Below, piece by piece: positions 33,272 to 43,023 of a DNA stretch of 64,000 nucleotides. Below the pieces are notes generated by a model. The model worked only from the letters and a program-made list of their open reading frames with translations. It was not told the origin of the DNA and made no database searches. The position numbers were made by a program, and so were the translations under genes. Positions within the stretch are counted from its first letter, which is position 1. Every line of letters starts with the position of its first letter. Source of the stretch: an uncultured Anaerolineales bacterium (GTDB lineage Bacteria > Chloroflexota > Anaerolineae > B4-G1); contig CAZKDJ010000002.1 of NCBI GenBank assembly GCA_964551295.1, positions 1,096 through 65,095 on the forward strand, in the 5' to 3' direction.

Positions 33272-35814
33272 AGGATTGGAGACGGGCGCCGTGGATCTAT
33301 GGGGGCGTGTTCCTGGCCTATATCCTCCTTACCCTGGCGATGACGTGGCCGGCGGCTGGCCAACTGGGCACGCATCTGCTGGGCAGCGGCGACGACATGT
33401 GGGTGCACTATTGGAACAACTGGTGGGTCAAGCGCGTGTTGCAGCATGGGGGAAACGTCTACTACACGCCGCTGCTGTTTCACCCCACCGGCGTCAGCCT
33501 GGTGTACCACAACTTTGCCTGGGTCAACATCGCCCTGTGGTTGGTGCTGGAGCCGCTCACGGGTGGCGTCGCCGCGTACAACCTCGTTCACCTGGTCCAC
33601 GTTCCCCTGTGTGGCCTGGCGATGTTCGCGTTGGCACACCGCCTGACCGGGTCGCACGCCGCGGCCTTTATCGCCGGTTTGGTGTATGCCTTCTGGCCCT
33701 ACCGCATGCTGGACACCAATCATCCCAACATGGTCTCTACCGAGGGGTTCCCGCTGCTCATGCTGGCCCTGTGGAACCTGTTCCGCAGCGGGAGGCCGGT
33801 TCGGGACGGCCTGATCGCCGGCGTGCTTCTGGCGCTGATTGGATACATGCGCTGGCAGTTGTTGATCCTGGCCAGTTTCTTGATCGTCCTTTACTTGCTC
33901 TACTCCCTCATCGGCGAGCGGCGGCGGTGGAACCGGCGTGTGATGGGCGGGCTGGCCCTGATGGCTGTGGTTGCCCTGGCGCTGATGACGCCTGCCTTAC
34001 TGCCCATGGCGCGCGAGGCGCTGGCGGGCGATTCCGCCGAAGAGCTGTACGTCGTGAGTACGTCGGACCCTGAGCAGGACCTCTTGGCGTGGATCATCCC
34101 CCAGCATCAGCACCTCTTGGGCGGGCTGTACACGCGGGTTTTTCCGGGATACGGTCAGGACGAGGCGCGTGCGCATCATTCGGCTTTCTTGGGCTACGTC
34201 GCCGTCGGGTTGAGCGTGGTGGGGATCGTCAAGCAGCGCGGTCACCGAGAGACCTGGTTCTGGGTGGGGCTGGCGATCGTGTGCTTTGTATTCGCCCTGG
34301 GACCTTACCTGCGGTTCGACGGCGTCGAGTATCCCCACATCCCTTTGCCATACCGGTTGATCGGCTGGCTGCCGCCCGTCCAGATGTTGCGGCATCCACA
34401 TCGCTTTACCGCTCTCCTCGGCCTGCCCGTCGCGGTCTTGGCCGGGTGTGGGGCATCGGCCCTCAAAACGTGGCTGGTGTGCCGTCGGCGTAGGGCAAAT
34501 TGGCAATTTGCCCTACATATTTTCGGAGCAGCAGTCACGGTTCTCCTGGGAGCGCTGATTCTGGTGGACTATCTTAGCATTCCCACCGACATGGTCTCGG
34601 CCCGCGTGCCGGCCTTTTACGCTGCGCTGGCCGAGGAACCGGGCGACTTTGCCATCGTGGGGCTGCCGGGCAAGCGGCAGATCACCGAGCGCTACATGTT
34701 CTACCAGACGGTCCACGGCCGGCCTCTCCTCAGCGGCCACGTCTCCCGCCTCCCTCCTCAGGCGATGGCATTCTCCGATTCGGTGCCGCTGATAGCGGGC
34801 GCGTACAGGAGCTCAACGGGGGGGATAAACACGGAGCTTTCCGATATCTCGCGCCAATTGGCCGCGCTATCTGAGGCCGGTTTTCGGTACATTGTCATAC
34901 ACAAGGAACTGACCCAGGCGGCGCTCGTCGAGGAGTGGCGGTCCTATCTGGTGATAGCGCCCCACTACGAAGATAGCGAGGTGGCCGTCTACTCGACGGC
35001 CCCTGTCGCGGGTGGGGATTTCACCCTGGCGCACGACCTGGGGGCGGGGGTGGGCATTGTCCGGATCGACTTGAAGCGGCTCGGCTCGGCCCTGGCATTG
35101 GAGATCGTCTGGGGCACGACGGCCGCGCCGGGAATGGACCACCAGGTCGACATCGCCCTGGTGGATGAAGCGGGTCACGTGAGTCAGGTCCGGCGATTCA
35201 AGATTTCGCCCGCCTGGCCCTCACGGGAGTGGCCGGCCAACGCCGTCGTGCGGGACGAGTTTCCCATCCAGCCCGCGCCGGACTTGGACGAAGGGGTCTA
35301 TGCCATCGTCTTGAATCTGGTGCGCGATGGTCAAGCGGTGGGCCGGGAGGCGACGGTCGGGGACTTGGTCGTGGCGGGGGCCGACGAGGGGCGCGGCGTG
35401 TTCCCATTGGCGCGTAGGATGGACGCACGCTTTGGCGACGCGATGCGCCTCCTGGGATACGGTGTGGAGGTGGCGGGTGACGAGGCGCGTGTCACCCTGC
35501 ACTGGCAAGCGCTGGGGCGGATGGAAGACTTCAAGTTCTTTGTGCACCTCGATGACGCCGAGAGCGGCGCGCTTGCAGCGCAGGCGGACGTGATGCCCCG
35601 TGGGTGGGCGTATCCTACCTCCCAGTGGCGGGTGGGGGAGATCGTGCCCGACGAGATCACCCTCTCGCTGGAGGGAGTGCCTGCGGGCGAGTACACGCTG
35701 TGGGTGGGCGTCTACCGGCCCGATACCGGAGAGCGCCTGTCCATTGAGATCATTTCTCCCGCCCTCACTACACGCGATGGCCGGTTGATGCTGCCGGGGA
35801 GGGTTGTCAGGTGA
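33268..35814 (+). CDS. GT-C-like polytopic membrane protein, class B, with 2 C-terminal modules
   Basis: GTGA overlap. LAMTWPAAGQLGTHLLGSGDDMWVHYWNNWW. Modules contain IVWGTTAAPGMDHQVDIALVD and VTLHWQALGRMEDFKFFVHLDD. Confidence 0.82.
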   Translation: MKDWRRAPWIYGGVFLAYILLTLAMTWPAAGQLGTHLLGSGDDMWVHYWNNWWVKRVLQHGGNVYYTPLLFHPTGVSLVYHNFAWVNIALWLVLEPLTGGVAAYNLVHLVHVPLCGLAMFALAHRLTGSHAAAFIAGLVYAFWPYRMLDTNHPNMVSTEGFPLLMLALWNLFRSGRPVRDGLIAGVLLALIGYMRWQLLILASFLIVLYLLYSLIGERRRWNRRVMGGLALMAVVALALMTPALLPMAREALAGDSAEELYVVSTSDPEQDLLAWIIPQHQHLLGGLYTRVFPGYGQDEARAHHSAFLGYVAVGLSVVGIVKQRGHRETWFWVGLAIVCFVFALGPYLRFDGVEYPHIPLPYRLIGWLPPVQMLRHPHRFTALLGLPVAVLAGCGASALKTWLVCRRRRANWQFALHIFGAAVTVLLGALILVDYLSIPTDMVSARVPAFYAALAEEPGDFAIVGLPGKRQITERYMFYQTVHGRPLLSGHVSRLPPQAMAFSDSVPLIAGAYRSSTGGINTELSDISRQLAALSEAGFRYIVIHKELTQAALVEEWRSYLVIAPHYEDSEVAVYSTAPVAGGDFTLAHDLGAGVGIVRIDLKRLGSALALEIVWGTTAAPGMDHQVDIALVDEAGHVSQVRRFKISPAWPSREWPANAVVRDEFPIQPAPDLDEGVYAIVLNLVRDGQAVGREATVGDLVVAGADEGRGVFPLARRMDARFGDAMRLLGYGVEVAGDEARVTLHWQALGRMEDFKFFVHLDDAESGALAAQADVMPRGWAYPTSQWRVGEIVPDEITLSLEGVPAGEYTLWVGVYRPDTGERLSIEIISPALTTRDGRLMLPGRVVR

Positions 35815-35854
35815 GCCCAGGGATTTTCACCCCAAAGACGCAAATTCTTACTCC

Positions 35855-35883
35855 TTGTCAGCCCCAACTGGACACGGTATAAT
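35855..35883 (+). promoter_or_regulatory. Array promoter P3: TTGTCA-17-TATAAT
   Basis: TTGTCA at 35855-35860, 17-nt spacer, TATAAT at 35878-35883. Confidence 0.6.
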
Positions 35884-35918
35884 GCTGTCCCGTTCGATGC
35901 GATGGAGACCCCCTGGCG

Positions 35919-38900
35919 GTGACGGCTGACGCGACTATGAAACGATTCTCACGCTTGGAAATTGCGATAGTTGCCCTCGTGTTGCTGGCGAGCCTCGCGG
36001 CGCGCCTCATCGGCCTGGACGCCTTTCGGGTCGCCGATGAGGCGCGCTGGACGTGTCGCGTCGTCGGGTTCCGGCATGCCCTGCTGCGAGGGGATTGGGC
36101 GAACACCTTCCGCGTCGGCCATCCCGGCGTGGTGACCACCTGGTTGGGCGCCATCTTCGCCCCAGCCGAAAGCGACGGCCTCCGCGCCATGTGCCGGGAC
36201 AGCCTGGATGGCAGGCAGCTCGAAAAAGCCGGCGGCTCTCAGGCAGAGCGGCACCGGCTTCTGGGCGAGTTGAACCACCTGCTGCTCGAGGCGCGGGTCG
36301 GTGTGGCTTTGTTCAGTTGGGTGTGCATCGTGGGTATCTACGTCCTGGCGCGGCTGCTGTGGGGCTCGAAGGTCGCCGTGGTGGGCCTGGCGCTGGTGGC
36401 CCTGGACCCGTTCTACCTGGCCATGTCGCGCTTTCTACATCTGGATGCCGTGCTGACCGGCGCGATGACGGTGTCGGTGTTGAGCCTGCTGGTCTCTCTC
36501 GGCCGCTCGCGGTCGTCCCTCTGGCGGCTGGCTTTTCTGGCGCTATCGGGCGTGTTGGGTGGGCTGGCCATCCTGCAAAAGTCGCCGGCGATGTTCCTGG
36601 CTCCTTTTGTGGCGTTGGTGGAGGGATGGGACGCGCTGCGCGGGACCGCGCGGCGAGAGCGGCTGTTGCAGGCTGCGCGAGGCGTGGCGATCTGGGGGCT
36701 GGTGGCGGCGGCGGTGTACGTGGCGCTGTGGCCGGCGGCGTGGGTGGACCCGGTGGGCACGATGCAGGGGGTGTTGGGCCAGGCCATCGGGTATGCGGAA
36801 GAGGGCCACTCGTCGGGGAGCTATTTCTTTGGCCGCCCGGTGGACGATCCCGGCTGGCTGTTCTACCCGGTAGCGCTGGCGTTCCGCCTGAGCCCTCTGG
36901 CGCTCGTGGGCTTGGTCGCGGGCGTCGTGTGGATGGTGAGTTCAAGGAACGATGCCGGGCGGCGTTTTGGGATGGGCGTGCTCTTGGCCTACAGCTTGCT
37001 CTTTGGCATATTCATGAGCCTGGGCGCCAAAAAGTTCGACCGGTACCTACTGCCCGTGTTTCCCGCGCTGGATATCGTGGCGGGGGTAGGGTTGCTGTGG
37101 GCAGCGGAGGCCGTGTGGCAGCGGCTAGAGGGCCTTAAGCGCTCCCTGCCATCTTACCTGGCCGTCACTGTGGTGGTGCTGGTTGTCCAGATCGCGTTGG
37201 TTGTGCTCCACTATCCGTACTATCTGACGTATTACAACCCGCTGCTGGGCGGGATTCGGCAGGCCGAGCGGGTGCTCTTGATGGGCTGGGGCGAGGGATA
37301 CGAGCGGGCGGCGGCGTATCTGAACGCCAAACCCGGCGTCGAACGACTGCAGGTCAGCGAGGCGGTCTTTCCCGTCTTTGCGCCGCAGTTTGACGGTGAG
37401 ACCCGCCGTCTGCAGCGGTACTGCGTTTGGGACAACGACTATGTGATCTTTTACCTCTCCTACGTGCAGCGCCAGCGGTTTGACGACCTGCTGGCAGAGT
37501 ACGTGGTCAATCCCCAGGTTGAGCCCGAGTACGTGGTCAATCTGCACGGCGTGGACTACTTGTGGATCTATCGTAACGACCGGCATTACGTCGAGCCGAT
37601 GGCGTACATCGAGGCGCGCGCGCGGCCCGGCGAGGGGGAGTGCCTCCTGGTCAATGGCGATTCCCTGTTCGCCGAGAATTACAAGGGGCGACTCTCCGTG
37701 TACGCGTTCCAGGCCGACTGGATCTCCGAGGACGAGTCCTATGCCTACTGGAGCGCCGAACGGGTGGCGGGAATGTTGGAGGATATGTCGTCCGAGTGCG
37801 AGCGGGTGTGGTACGCGCGCTACTCGGAGTGGGAACCGGGGGCATATCTGGATGTGCTCGACATGCACGGCGCGCTGCTGGAGCGGGCGAGCTTCCCACA
37901 CATGGAGGTGACGCTGCACCGGTTGGTGGGTGCTGGCGTGGCGACCCGGCCGTTGGACGTGCAGTTCGGCGGATTGCGGTTGACGGGCTACGGAGCGACA
38001 CAGCCGCTGCCGGCGTGGGGACGGGATGGGGGCGTGGTTCTGGCGTGGGAGGCGATGGAAGAGATGGGGAAGGACTATGCAGTGTTCCTGCACCTGTACG
38101 ACGCGCGCGGGGAGCGCGTGGCGCAGGAGGACGAGCCGGTACTGGATCGGGCGCTACGCCCGACGTCGCAGTGGCAGGCGGGGACATCGAGCGTGGTGCT
38201 GTACCATCTGCCGATCGGGCCGGGCACGCCGCCCGGTGAGTACGATCTGGAGCTAGGGGTGTACGACCAGGAAACGGGGAAACGGCTGCCGCTGGAGGGT
38301 CCGCAGGGTGAAACGGCAGTACGGGTGAAAGCCGGGGTAGGCGTCGCAGAGGGGGCGCCGACGGTAGAGGAACTGGACGTGCCGTACGTGATGGAGCGGG
38401 AGGTGGTCCCGGAGCTAAGCTTGGTGGGCTATGGCATCGATCGGGAGGCTGTGCTGGCGGGGCAGACGGTGACGCTGCGCGTGGTCTGGGAGGCGCTGGG
38501 AAAGATGGCGCAGTCGTACCGGCTGGTGGTGGACCTGCGGGGCGCGGATGGTGAGGTGTACGGGAGCGGCGAGTACGGGTTGGTGAACACAGCGTATGCG
38601 ACGACAGAGTGGCGGGAGGGCGAGGTGTTGCGCGGTGTGTACGACGTGGCGGTTAGCGAGGGAGCGCCGACGGGCGAGATGGCTCTGGTAGTGGATTTGG
38701 TGGGTGAGGAAGACGAGCGGGTACTGGACGAGCCGGTGATGGTGGGCGTCGTGTGGATACAGTCGACCGAGCCGAATTTCGGCAAGCCCCAGGAAATGGA
38801 GACAGCGTCCGGGGTCACGCTGGGCGACAAAGTGAAACTGTTGGGCTATGATTTAGCCCCCGGGCCGGCGAGGGCGGGCGGGAATCTCTACGTGACGCTG

Positions 38901-39218
38901 TACTGGCAGGGACAGCGCGAGATGGCGCAGAGCTACAAGGTGTTCGTGCACGTGTACGATGACGCGGGGAACATCGTGGCACAGCGGGACTGGCTGCCGG
39001 GGTTGGGTGTAAAGCCGACATCGGGGTGGGCAGCGGGCGAGGTGGTGGCGGATCGGCACATCGTGCCGGTGGGAGAGGACGTGGCGGCGGGTGAGTACCG
39101 GGTGGCGGTGGGGATGTACGACGAGGGGAGCGGAGATCGGTTAGCCGCGTATGGGCCGGATGGGGACCGCTTGGCTCAGGACCGGATCATCCTGGGCCGC
39201 GTGGAGGTCGGGCCCTGA
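35919..39218 (+). CDS. GT-C-like (GT39/ArnT-like) membrane protein, class A-long, with 3 C-terminal modules
   Basis: RVADEARWTCRVVGF...HPGVVTTW first loop, LDPFYLAMSRFLHLDA. Three modules (VLAWEAMEEMGKDYAVFLHLYD, LRVVWEALGKMAQSYRLVVDL, VTLYWQGQREMAQSYKVFVHVYD). Start is GTG 35919 or ATG 35937. Confidence 0.82.
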   Translation: MTADATMKRFSRLEIAIVALVLLASLAARLIGLDAFRVADEARWTCRVVGFRHALLRGDWANTFRVGHPGVVTTWLGAIFAPAESDGLRAMCRDSLDGRQLEKAGGSQAERHRLLGELNHLLLEARVGVALFSWVCIVGIYVLARLLWGSKVAVVGLALVALDPFYLAMSRFLHLDAVLTGAMTVSVLSLLVSLGRSRSSLWRLAFLALSGVLGGLAILQKSPAMFLAPFVALVEGWDALRGTARRERLLQAARGVAIWGLVAAAVYVALWPAAWVDPVGTMQGVLGQAIGYAEEGHSSGSYFFGRPVDDPGWLFYPVALAFRLSPLALVGLVAGVVWMVSSRNDAGRRFGMGVLLAYSLLFGIFMSLGAKKFDRYLLPVFPALDIVAGVGLLWAAEAVWQRLEGLKRSLPSYLAVTVVVLVVQIALVVLHYPYYLTYYNPLLGGIRQAERVLLMGWGEGYERAAAYLNAKPGVERLQVSEAVFPVFAPQFDGETRRLQRYCVWDNDYVIFYLSYVQRQRFDDLLAEYVVNPQVEPEYVVNLHGVDYLWIYRNDRHYVEPMAYIEARARPGEGECLLVNGDSLFAENYKGRLSVYAFQADWISEDESYAYWSAERVAGMLEDMSSECERVWYARYSEWEPGAYLDVLDMHGALLERASFPHMEVTLHRLVGAGVATRPLDVQFGGLRLTGYGATQPLPAWGRDGGVVLAWEAMEEMGKDYAVFLHLYDARGERVAQEDEPVLDRALRPTSQWQAGTSSVVLYHLPIGPGTPPGEYDLELGVYDQETGKRLPLEGPQGETAVRVKAGVGVAEGAPTVEELDVPYVMEREVVPELSLVGYGIDREAVLAGQTVTLRVVWEALGKMAQSYRLVVDLRGADGEVYGSGEYGLVNTAYATTEWREGEVLRGVYDVAVSEGAPTGEMALVVDLVGEEDERVLDEPVMVGVVWIQSTEPNFGKPQEMETASGVTLGDKVKLLGYDLAPGPARAGGNLYVTLYWQGQREMAQSYKVFVHVYDDAGNIVAQRDWLPGLGVKPTSGWAAGEVVADRHIVPVGEDVAAGEYRVAVGMYDEGSGDRLAAYGPDGDRLAQDRIILGRVEVGP

Positions 39219-41263
39219 TGTGTAGCGATAAAAACGCGCGCCTGTTCTGGTACGGCCTGGTGGTCGTATTCCTCCTGGCGCTGATCCTGCGCGTGATCTA
39301 TCCCGTCTCGCGGCCCCTGGAGTGGTACGAGCGCTCGGTGCGCTTCTGGGATGCGCTGCTGGCGGGGGACCCCGCCGGTACCTATCAGCGATACCATCCC
39401 GGCGTCACCACGATGTGGGTGGCGGGCCTGGGGCTGCGGGTTTACGCGGCGGCGCACGGTTTGTCGGGAGATGATCTATTGGACCCGCCTCAGTCGTCCG
39501 CGGACTATCGGCCTTACCCCATCGGGGCGGGCGTGGCGGCGCTGGGCGTGGCCATTGCCCTGTGCATCGGTCTGGCTTATGTGCTGTTGGTTCGGTTGTG
39601 GAATTGGCGGGTCGGCGTCGTCGGTGGATGCTTGCTGGCATTGGATCCTTTCTACCTGGAAGAGAGCAAGGTCCTTCACATAGACGCGATGCTGGCGACG
39701 TTGATGCTGGTGAGCGTGCTGTTCCTGCTCGACTACGTACAGCGGGAGCGCCGGGTGTCCCTCGTCCTCAGCGGGATTTTCGCCGGGCTGGCTTTCCTGA
39801 CCAAGAGCCCGGCCGGTGTCCTGATTCCTCTGTTGGCTCTGGCTGTGTCCTATCGCCATCTGGCGGACACTCGTATCTCTTGGCCGGGTAGAATCGGCGA
39901 GATCGCTCGTGATCTCGTGATTTGGGGGTCTACGGCGGCGTGTATATTCGTGCTGTTGTGGCCTGCCATGTGGGTCATGCCGGGGGAAGCGCTGTCCAAG
40001 TTGGTGCAGCGGGTCGAGTTTCACATGGAGACGGTGCACCGTAACCCCAACTTTTTCGCCGGGCAAGTGATCACCGACGACCCCGGGCCTCTCTTTTACC
40101 TGGCCACGCTCGGCTGGAAGACGACCGCGATCACGCTGCCGTCAGTTTTGCTGGCGGCTGCGCTCCTGATACGACGCTTGAGACGTTGGCGGGACAATGT
40201 ATCGGTGTGGGGGATGCTAGTGTATGCCTGCGGGTTTACGGCGGCGATGATGCTCGCGGCCAGAAAGGAGCTGCGCTACCTGATTCCTGTCTTTCCCGCC
40301 CTGGATGTGCTGGCGGCCTGGGGGCTGGTGCAAGTGGCGAGCGCGGTCGGGAAACTGGGGTGGCTTCGGAAGCGTGGGTGGATTCCAGCGGCGATCATCG
40401 TGGCCGCGCTAACCTTTCAGGCCGTCGCGGTTCTCAGGCTCCATCCCTACTATGGCACCCATCACAACCTGCTGTTGGGCGGCTCGCGAGTGGCGCAGCA
40501 CGTTCTTCCCTTGGGCGATCAAGGGGAGGGTGCGGATCTGGCCGCGCGCTTCCTTAACGGCTATCCGGGGGCGGAGCGCAGATTGGCCGGCGTGCACCGG
40601 CGGTTGGAGGAACTGTCGGAGCGCATCTTTGTCGGGCGCAGCGACGGCATAGAGCTGCCCGAGGCGGATTATTACGTCTTTACCATCAATTCTATCCAGC
40701 GTCGGAACCGCGTCGAGTACTGGGGCGAGGCCTGGGATGCCTGCCAGGAGAAGGAGCCCCTGTGGACGATCTCCTTCGATGGGGTGCCTTATGTGTGGGT
40801 CTACCCGGCGTACCAGACCGATCCGGAGGTGTTCGACGTTGACCACCGCCTGGACGTGCAACTGGGCGATCACGTGCGCCTGCTGGGTTACGACTTGGCT
40901 TCGGACGACTTCTCGGCGGGAGATACGCTGACGGCGACGCTCTTCTGGCAGTCGGATGGCCGAGTGACCGAGGACTATCACGTCTTTGTGCACCTGCAAG
41001 ACGCCGATGGGCAGATGGTGGCGCAGGACGACGGCGTGCCGATGCAGGGCGCGCGACCGACCTGGGACTGGCGGGATAGGGAGGTGTTGGAGGACGAGCA
41101 CAACCTCATTACCGACATAAGTTTGCCCGGCGGTGCGTACACGCTCTCTGTCGGAATGTACGATCATGCGACCGGCGTGCGGCTGTCGGCGATTGGGCCG
41201 GCTGGCGAGCGTTTTCCCGATGGCCGCATCGTGCTTCGGACTGTTCGCAAGACGTCGCCTTGA
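39218..41263 (+). CDS. GT-C-like membrane protein, class A-short, with 1 C-terminal module
   Basis: TGATG junction with the upstream gene. PVSRPLEWYERSVRFWDALLAGDPAGTYQRYHPGVTTMW. Module TATLFWQSDGRVTEDYHVFVHLQD. Confidence 0.82.
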   Translation: MCSDKNARLFWYGLVVVFLLALILRVIYPVSRPLEWYERSVRFWDALLAGDPAGTYQRYHPGVTTMWVAGLGLRVYAAAHGLSGDDLLDPPQSSADYRPYPIGAGVAALGVAIALCIGLAYVLLVRLWNWRVGVVGGCLLALDPFYLEESKVLHIDAMLATLMLVSVLFLLDYVQRERRVSLVLSGIFAGLAFLTKSPAGVLIPLLALAVSYRHLADTRISWPGRIGEIARDLVIWGSTAACIFVLLWPAMWVMPGEALSKLVQRVEFHMETVHRNPNFFAGQVITDDPGPLFYLATLGWKTTAITLPSVLLAAALLIRRLRRWRDNVSVWGMLVYACGFTAAMMLAARKELRYLIPVFPALDVLAAWGLVQVASAVGKLGWLRKRGWIPAAIIVAALTFQAVAVLRLHPYYGTHHNLLLGGSRVAQHVLPLGDQGEGADLAARFLNGYPGAERRLAGVHRRLEELSERIFVGRSDGIELPEADYYVFTINSIQRRNRVEYWGEAWDACQEKEPLWTISFDGVPYVWVYPAYQTDPEVFDVDHRLDVQLGDHVRLLGYDLASDDFSAGDTLTATLFWQSDGRVTEDYHVFVHLQDADGQMVAQDDGVPMQGARPTWDWRDREVLEDEHNLITDISLPGGAYTLSVGMYDHATGVRLSAIGPAGERFPDGRIVLRTVRKTSP

Positions 41264-41300
41264 GGCTATGATTGTGCGGAAAGCTAGTGGAGCATTCGGG

Positions 41301-42989
41301 ATGAAGCAATATGATTGGGCAGTCTTGGGACTGTATGGCCTGTTGACTTTGATATTAACCTCATCGTTGGCTTCGAACTTGAACACGGTGCTGGCTGGAC
41401 AGAGCAGCGACGTCTACATCAATCCCTGGGCCGACTGGTGGACGAAAAAAGCCCTGACGGAAGGCCTGGACTTTTACTACACCGACTATGTGTTCTACCC
41501 ACAGGGTACCAGCCTTGCTTTCCATAGCTTTACCCATATCAACACCTTCATCATATTGTTTTTGGCTCCGTTGGTGGGTTATTTCGCTGCTTACAACCTG
41601 ACCATATTGCTTGCATATGTATTGAGCGGTTTTAGTATGTACTTGCTCGTGACCTATCTCACGGGCTGCCGTTCTGCTGCCTTTGTCGCTGGCCTCGTTT
41701 TTGCCTTTTACCCCTATCACATCTTTGAGAGTGCCCACCCAGTTTTGGTGACCACTCAATGGATGCCCCTTTTTGCGCTGGCTCTTATGCGGTCGCTTCG
41801 CAGTACCGGTTCAAGTCGAGTCAAGCAGGTACTGCTGGCTGCCCTGTGGTTTCTGGTTACAGCGTTATCGAGTTGGCATCTCATGATCATGCTGTCTATG
41901 TGGACATTTCTCTATCTGCTCTATAAAATCATCTTTGAGCGCTCCGAGTGGGCGCCGCGGGCGTTTCGTGCCCTGGCTTTGCTCGCCGTCGTCGTTGGTC
42001 TGGTGCTGATCCCCTTCTTGTGGCCGATGATGCGTGAACTGATGACTTCGGATGCGGGTTATGTGACCAAGAGTAGCGGCCATGGATGTGATTTGCTCTC
42101 TTTCATTGTTCCCAATCAGCATAATCCATTGCTTGGTTCTCTGGTGTACACGTTAGGCCTTGAGGACAAAAGCGGGTTTACCAGAAAGCACTCGGCTTAC
42201 CTGAGTTATGTTGCCCTAGGGCTTGCTGTTATTGGAGTTGTCCAGGCTCGTCGAAAGCCACGTTTCTGGCTGTTGGCGGGAGTGATATTTTTCGTGCTCT
42301 CGCTAGGCTCGCAGATCAATCTTAATGAGGTTCCCCTGCACTCCTTCTCGTTGCCTTGGGCGGTTCCCATTATCGGCATCTTGCGGCACCCTCGCCGTCT
42401 CCACGTACTCGTTTTCTTTTGTTTCGCTGTTTTGGTCGGCTACGGTGGTCGTTGGCTGCATAACAGGATTGTATTGCGAAACCGGGCGCTGGCTCACATA
42501 GCCCTGGCTTCTGTTGCAGCGTTTATCCTGTTGGAATATCTGATCTGCCCTTTTCCCACTACCCCGGTGACTCTCTCTTCTTTCTGGCACCAACTGGCTC
42601 AGGAAGAGGGAGATTTTGCCGTGGCTGATTTTCCCAAGGATAATAAGAGTGAAAAGTATGCCATGTTTTGTCAGATATTTCACGGAAAAAAGATCGTCAG
42701 TGGCCGTGTATCGCGTACTCCCCAGGATGCCGAGGCTTTTTTGGAGGCCAATCCCTTGTTGGAGCGGCTGAACGAAGGGACCGCGCCCGATCCAGATTGG
42801 GATATGGAAGTCGAGTTCGCCCGGTTGGCTGCTCAAGATATTCGATACATTGTCGTGCACAAACATCTTCTCAAATCCGACGAGGTGGAGAATTGGCGGG
42901 GATGGCTTGGCGACTCTCATCTTTTCTACGAGGACGAGAGGCTAATGGTCTACTGCACCGAATCTATATCGGAAAAAGGAACACCGTAA
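41301..42989 (+). CDS. Class-B GT-C-like membrane protein (lower-GC subclade), module-less short form
   Basis: MKQYDWAVLGLYGLL...LAGQSSDVYINPWADWW. Ends ...FYEDERLMVYCTESISEKGTP with no module. The ORF-track start 41133 overlaps the upstream gene and lacks support. Confidence 0.78.
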   Translation: MKQYDWAVLGLYGLLTLILTSSLASNLNTVLAGQSSDVYINPWADWWTKKALTEGLDFYYTDYVFYPQGTSLAFHSFTHINTFIILFLAPLVGYFAAYNLTILLAYVLSGFSMYLLVTYLTGCRSAAFVAGLVFAFYPYHIFESAHPVLVTTQWMPLFALALMRSLRSTGSSRVKQVLLAALWFLVTALSSWHLMIMLSMWTFLYLLYKIIFERSEWAPRAFRALALLAVVVGLVLIPFLWPMMRELMTSDAGYVTKSSGHGCDLLSFIVPNQHNPLLGSLVYTLGLEDKSGFTRKHSAYLSYVALGLAVIGVVQARRKPRFWLLAGVIFFVLSLGSQINLNEVPLHSFSLPWAVPIIGILRHPRRLHVLVFFCFAVLVGYGGRWLHNRIVLRNRALAHIALASVAAFILLEYLICPFPTTPVTLSSFWHQLAQEEGDFAVADFPKDNKSEKYAMFCQIFHGKKIVSGRVSRTPQDAEAFLEANPLLERLNEGTAPDPDWDMEVEFARLAAQDIRYIVVHKHLLKSDEVENWRGWLGDSHLFYEDERLMVYCTESISEKGTP

Positions 42990-43023
42990 AAGATCATTTT
43001 AGCGAGGAAGGATATATCGAAAA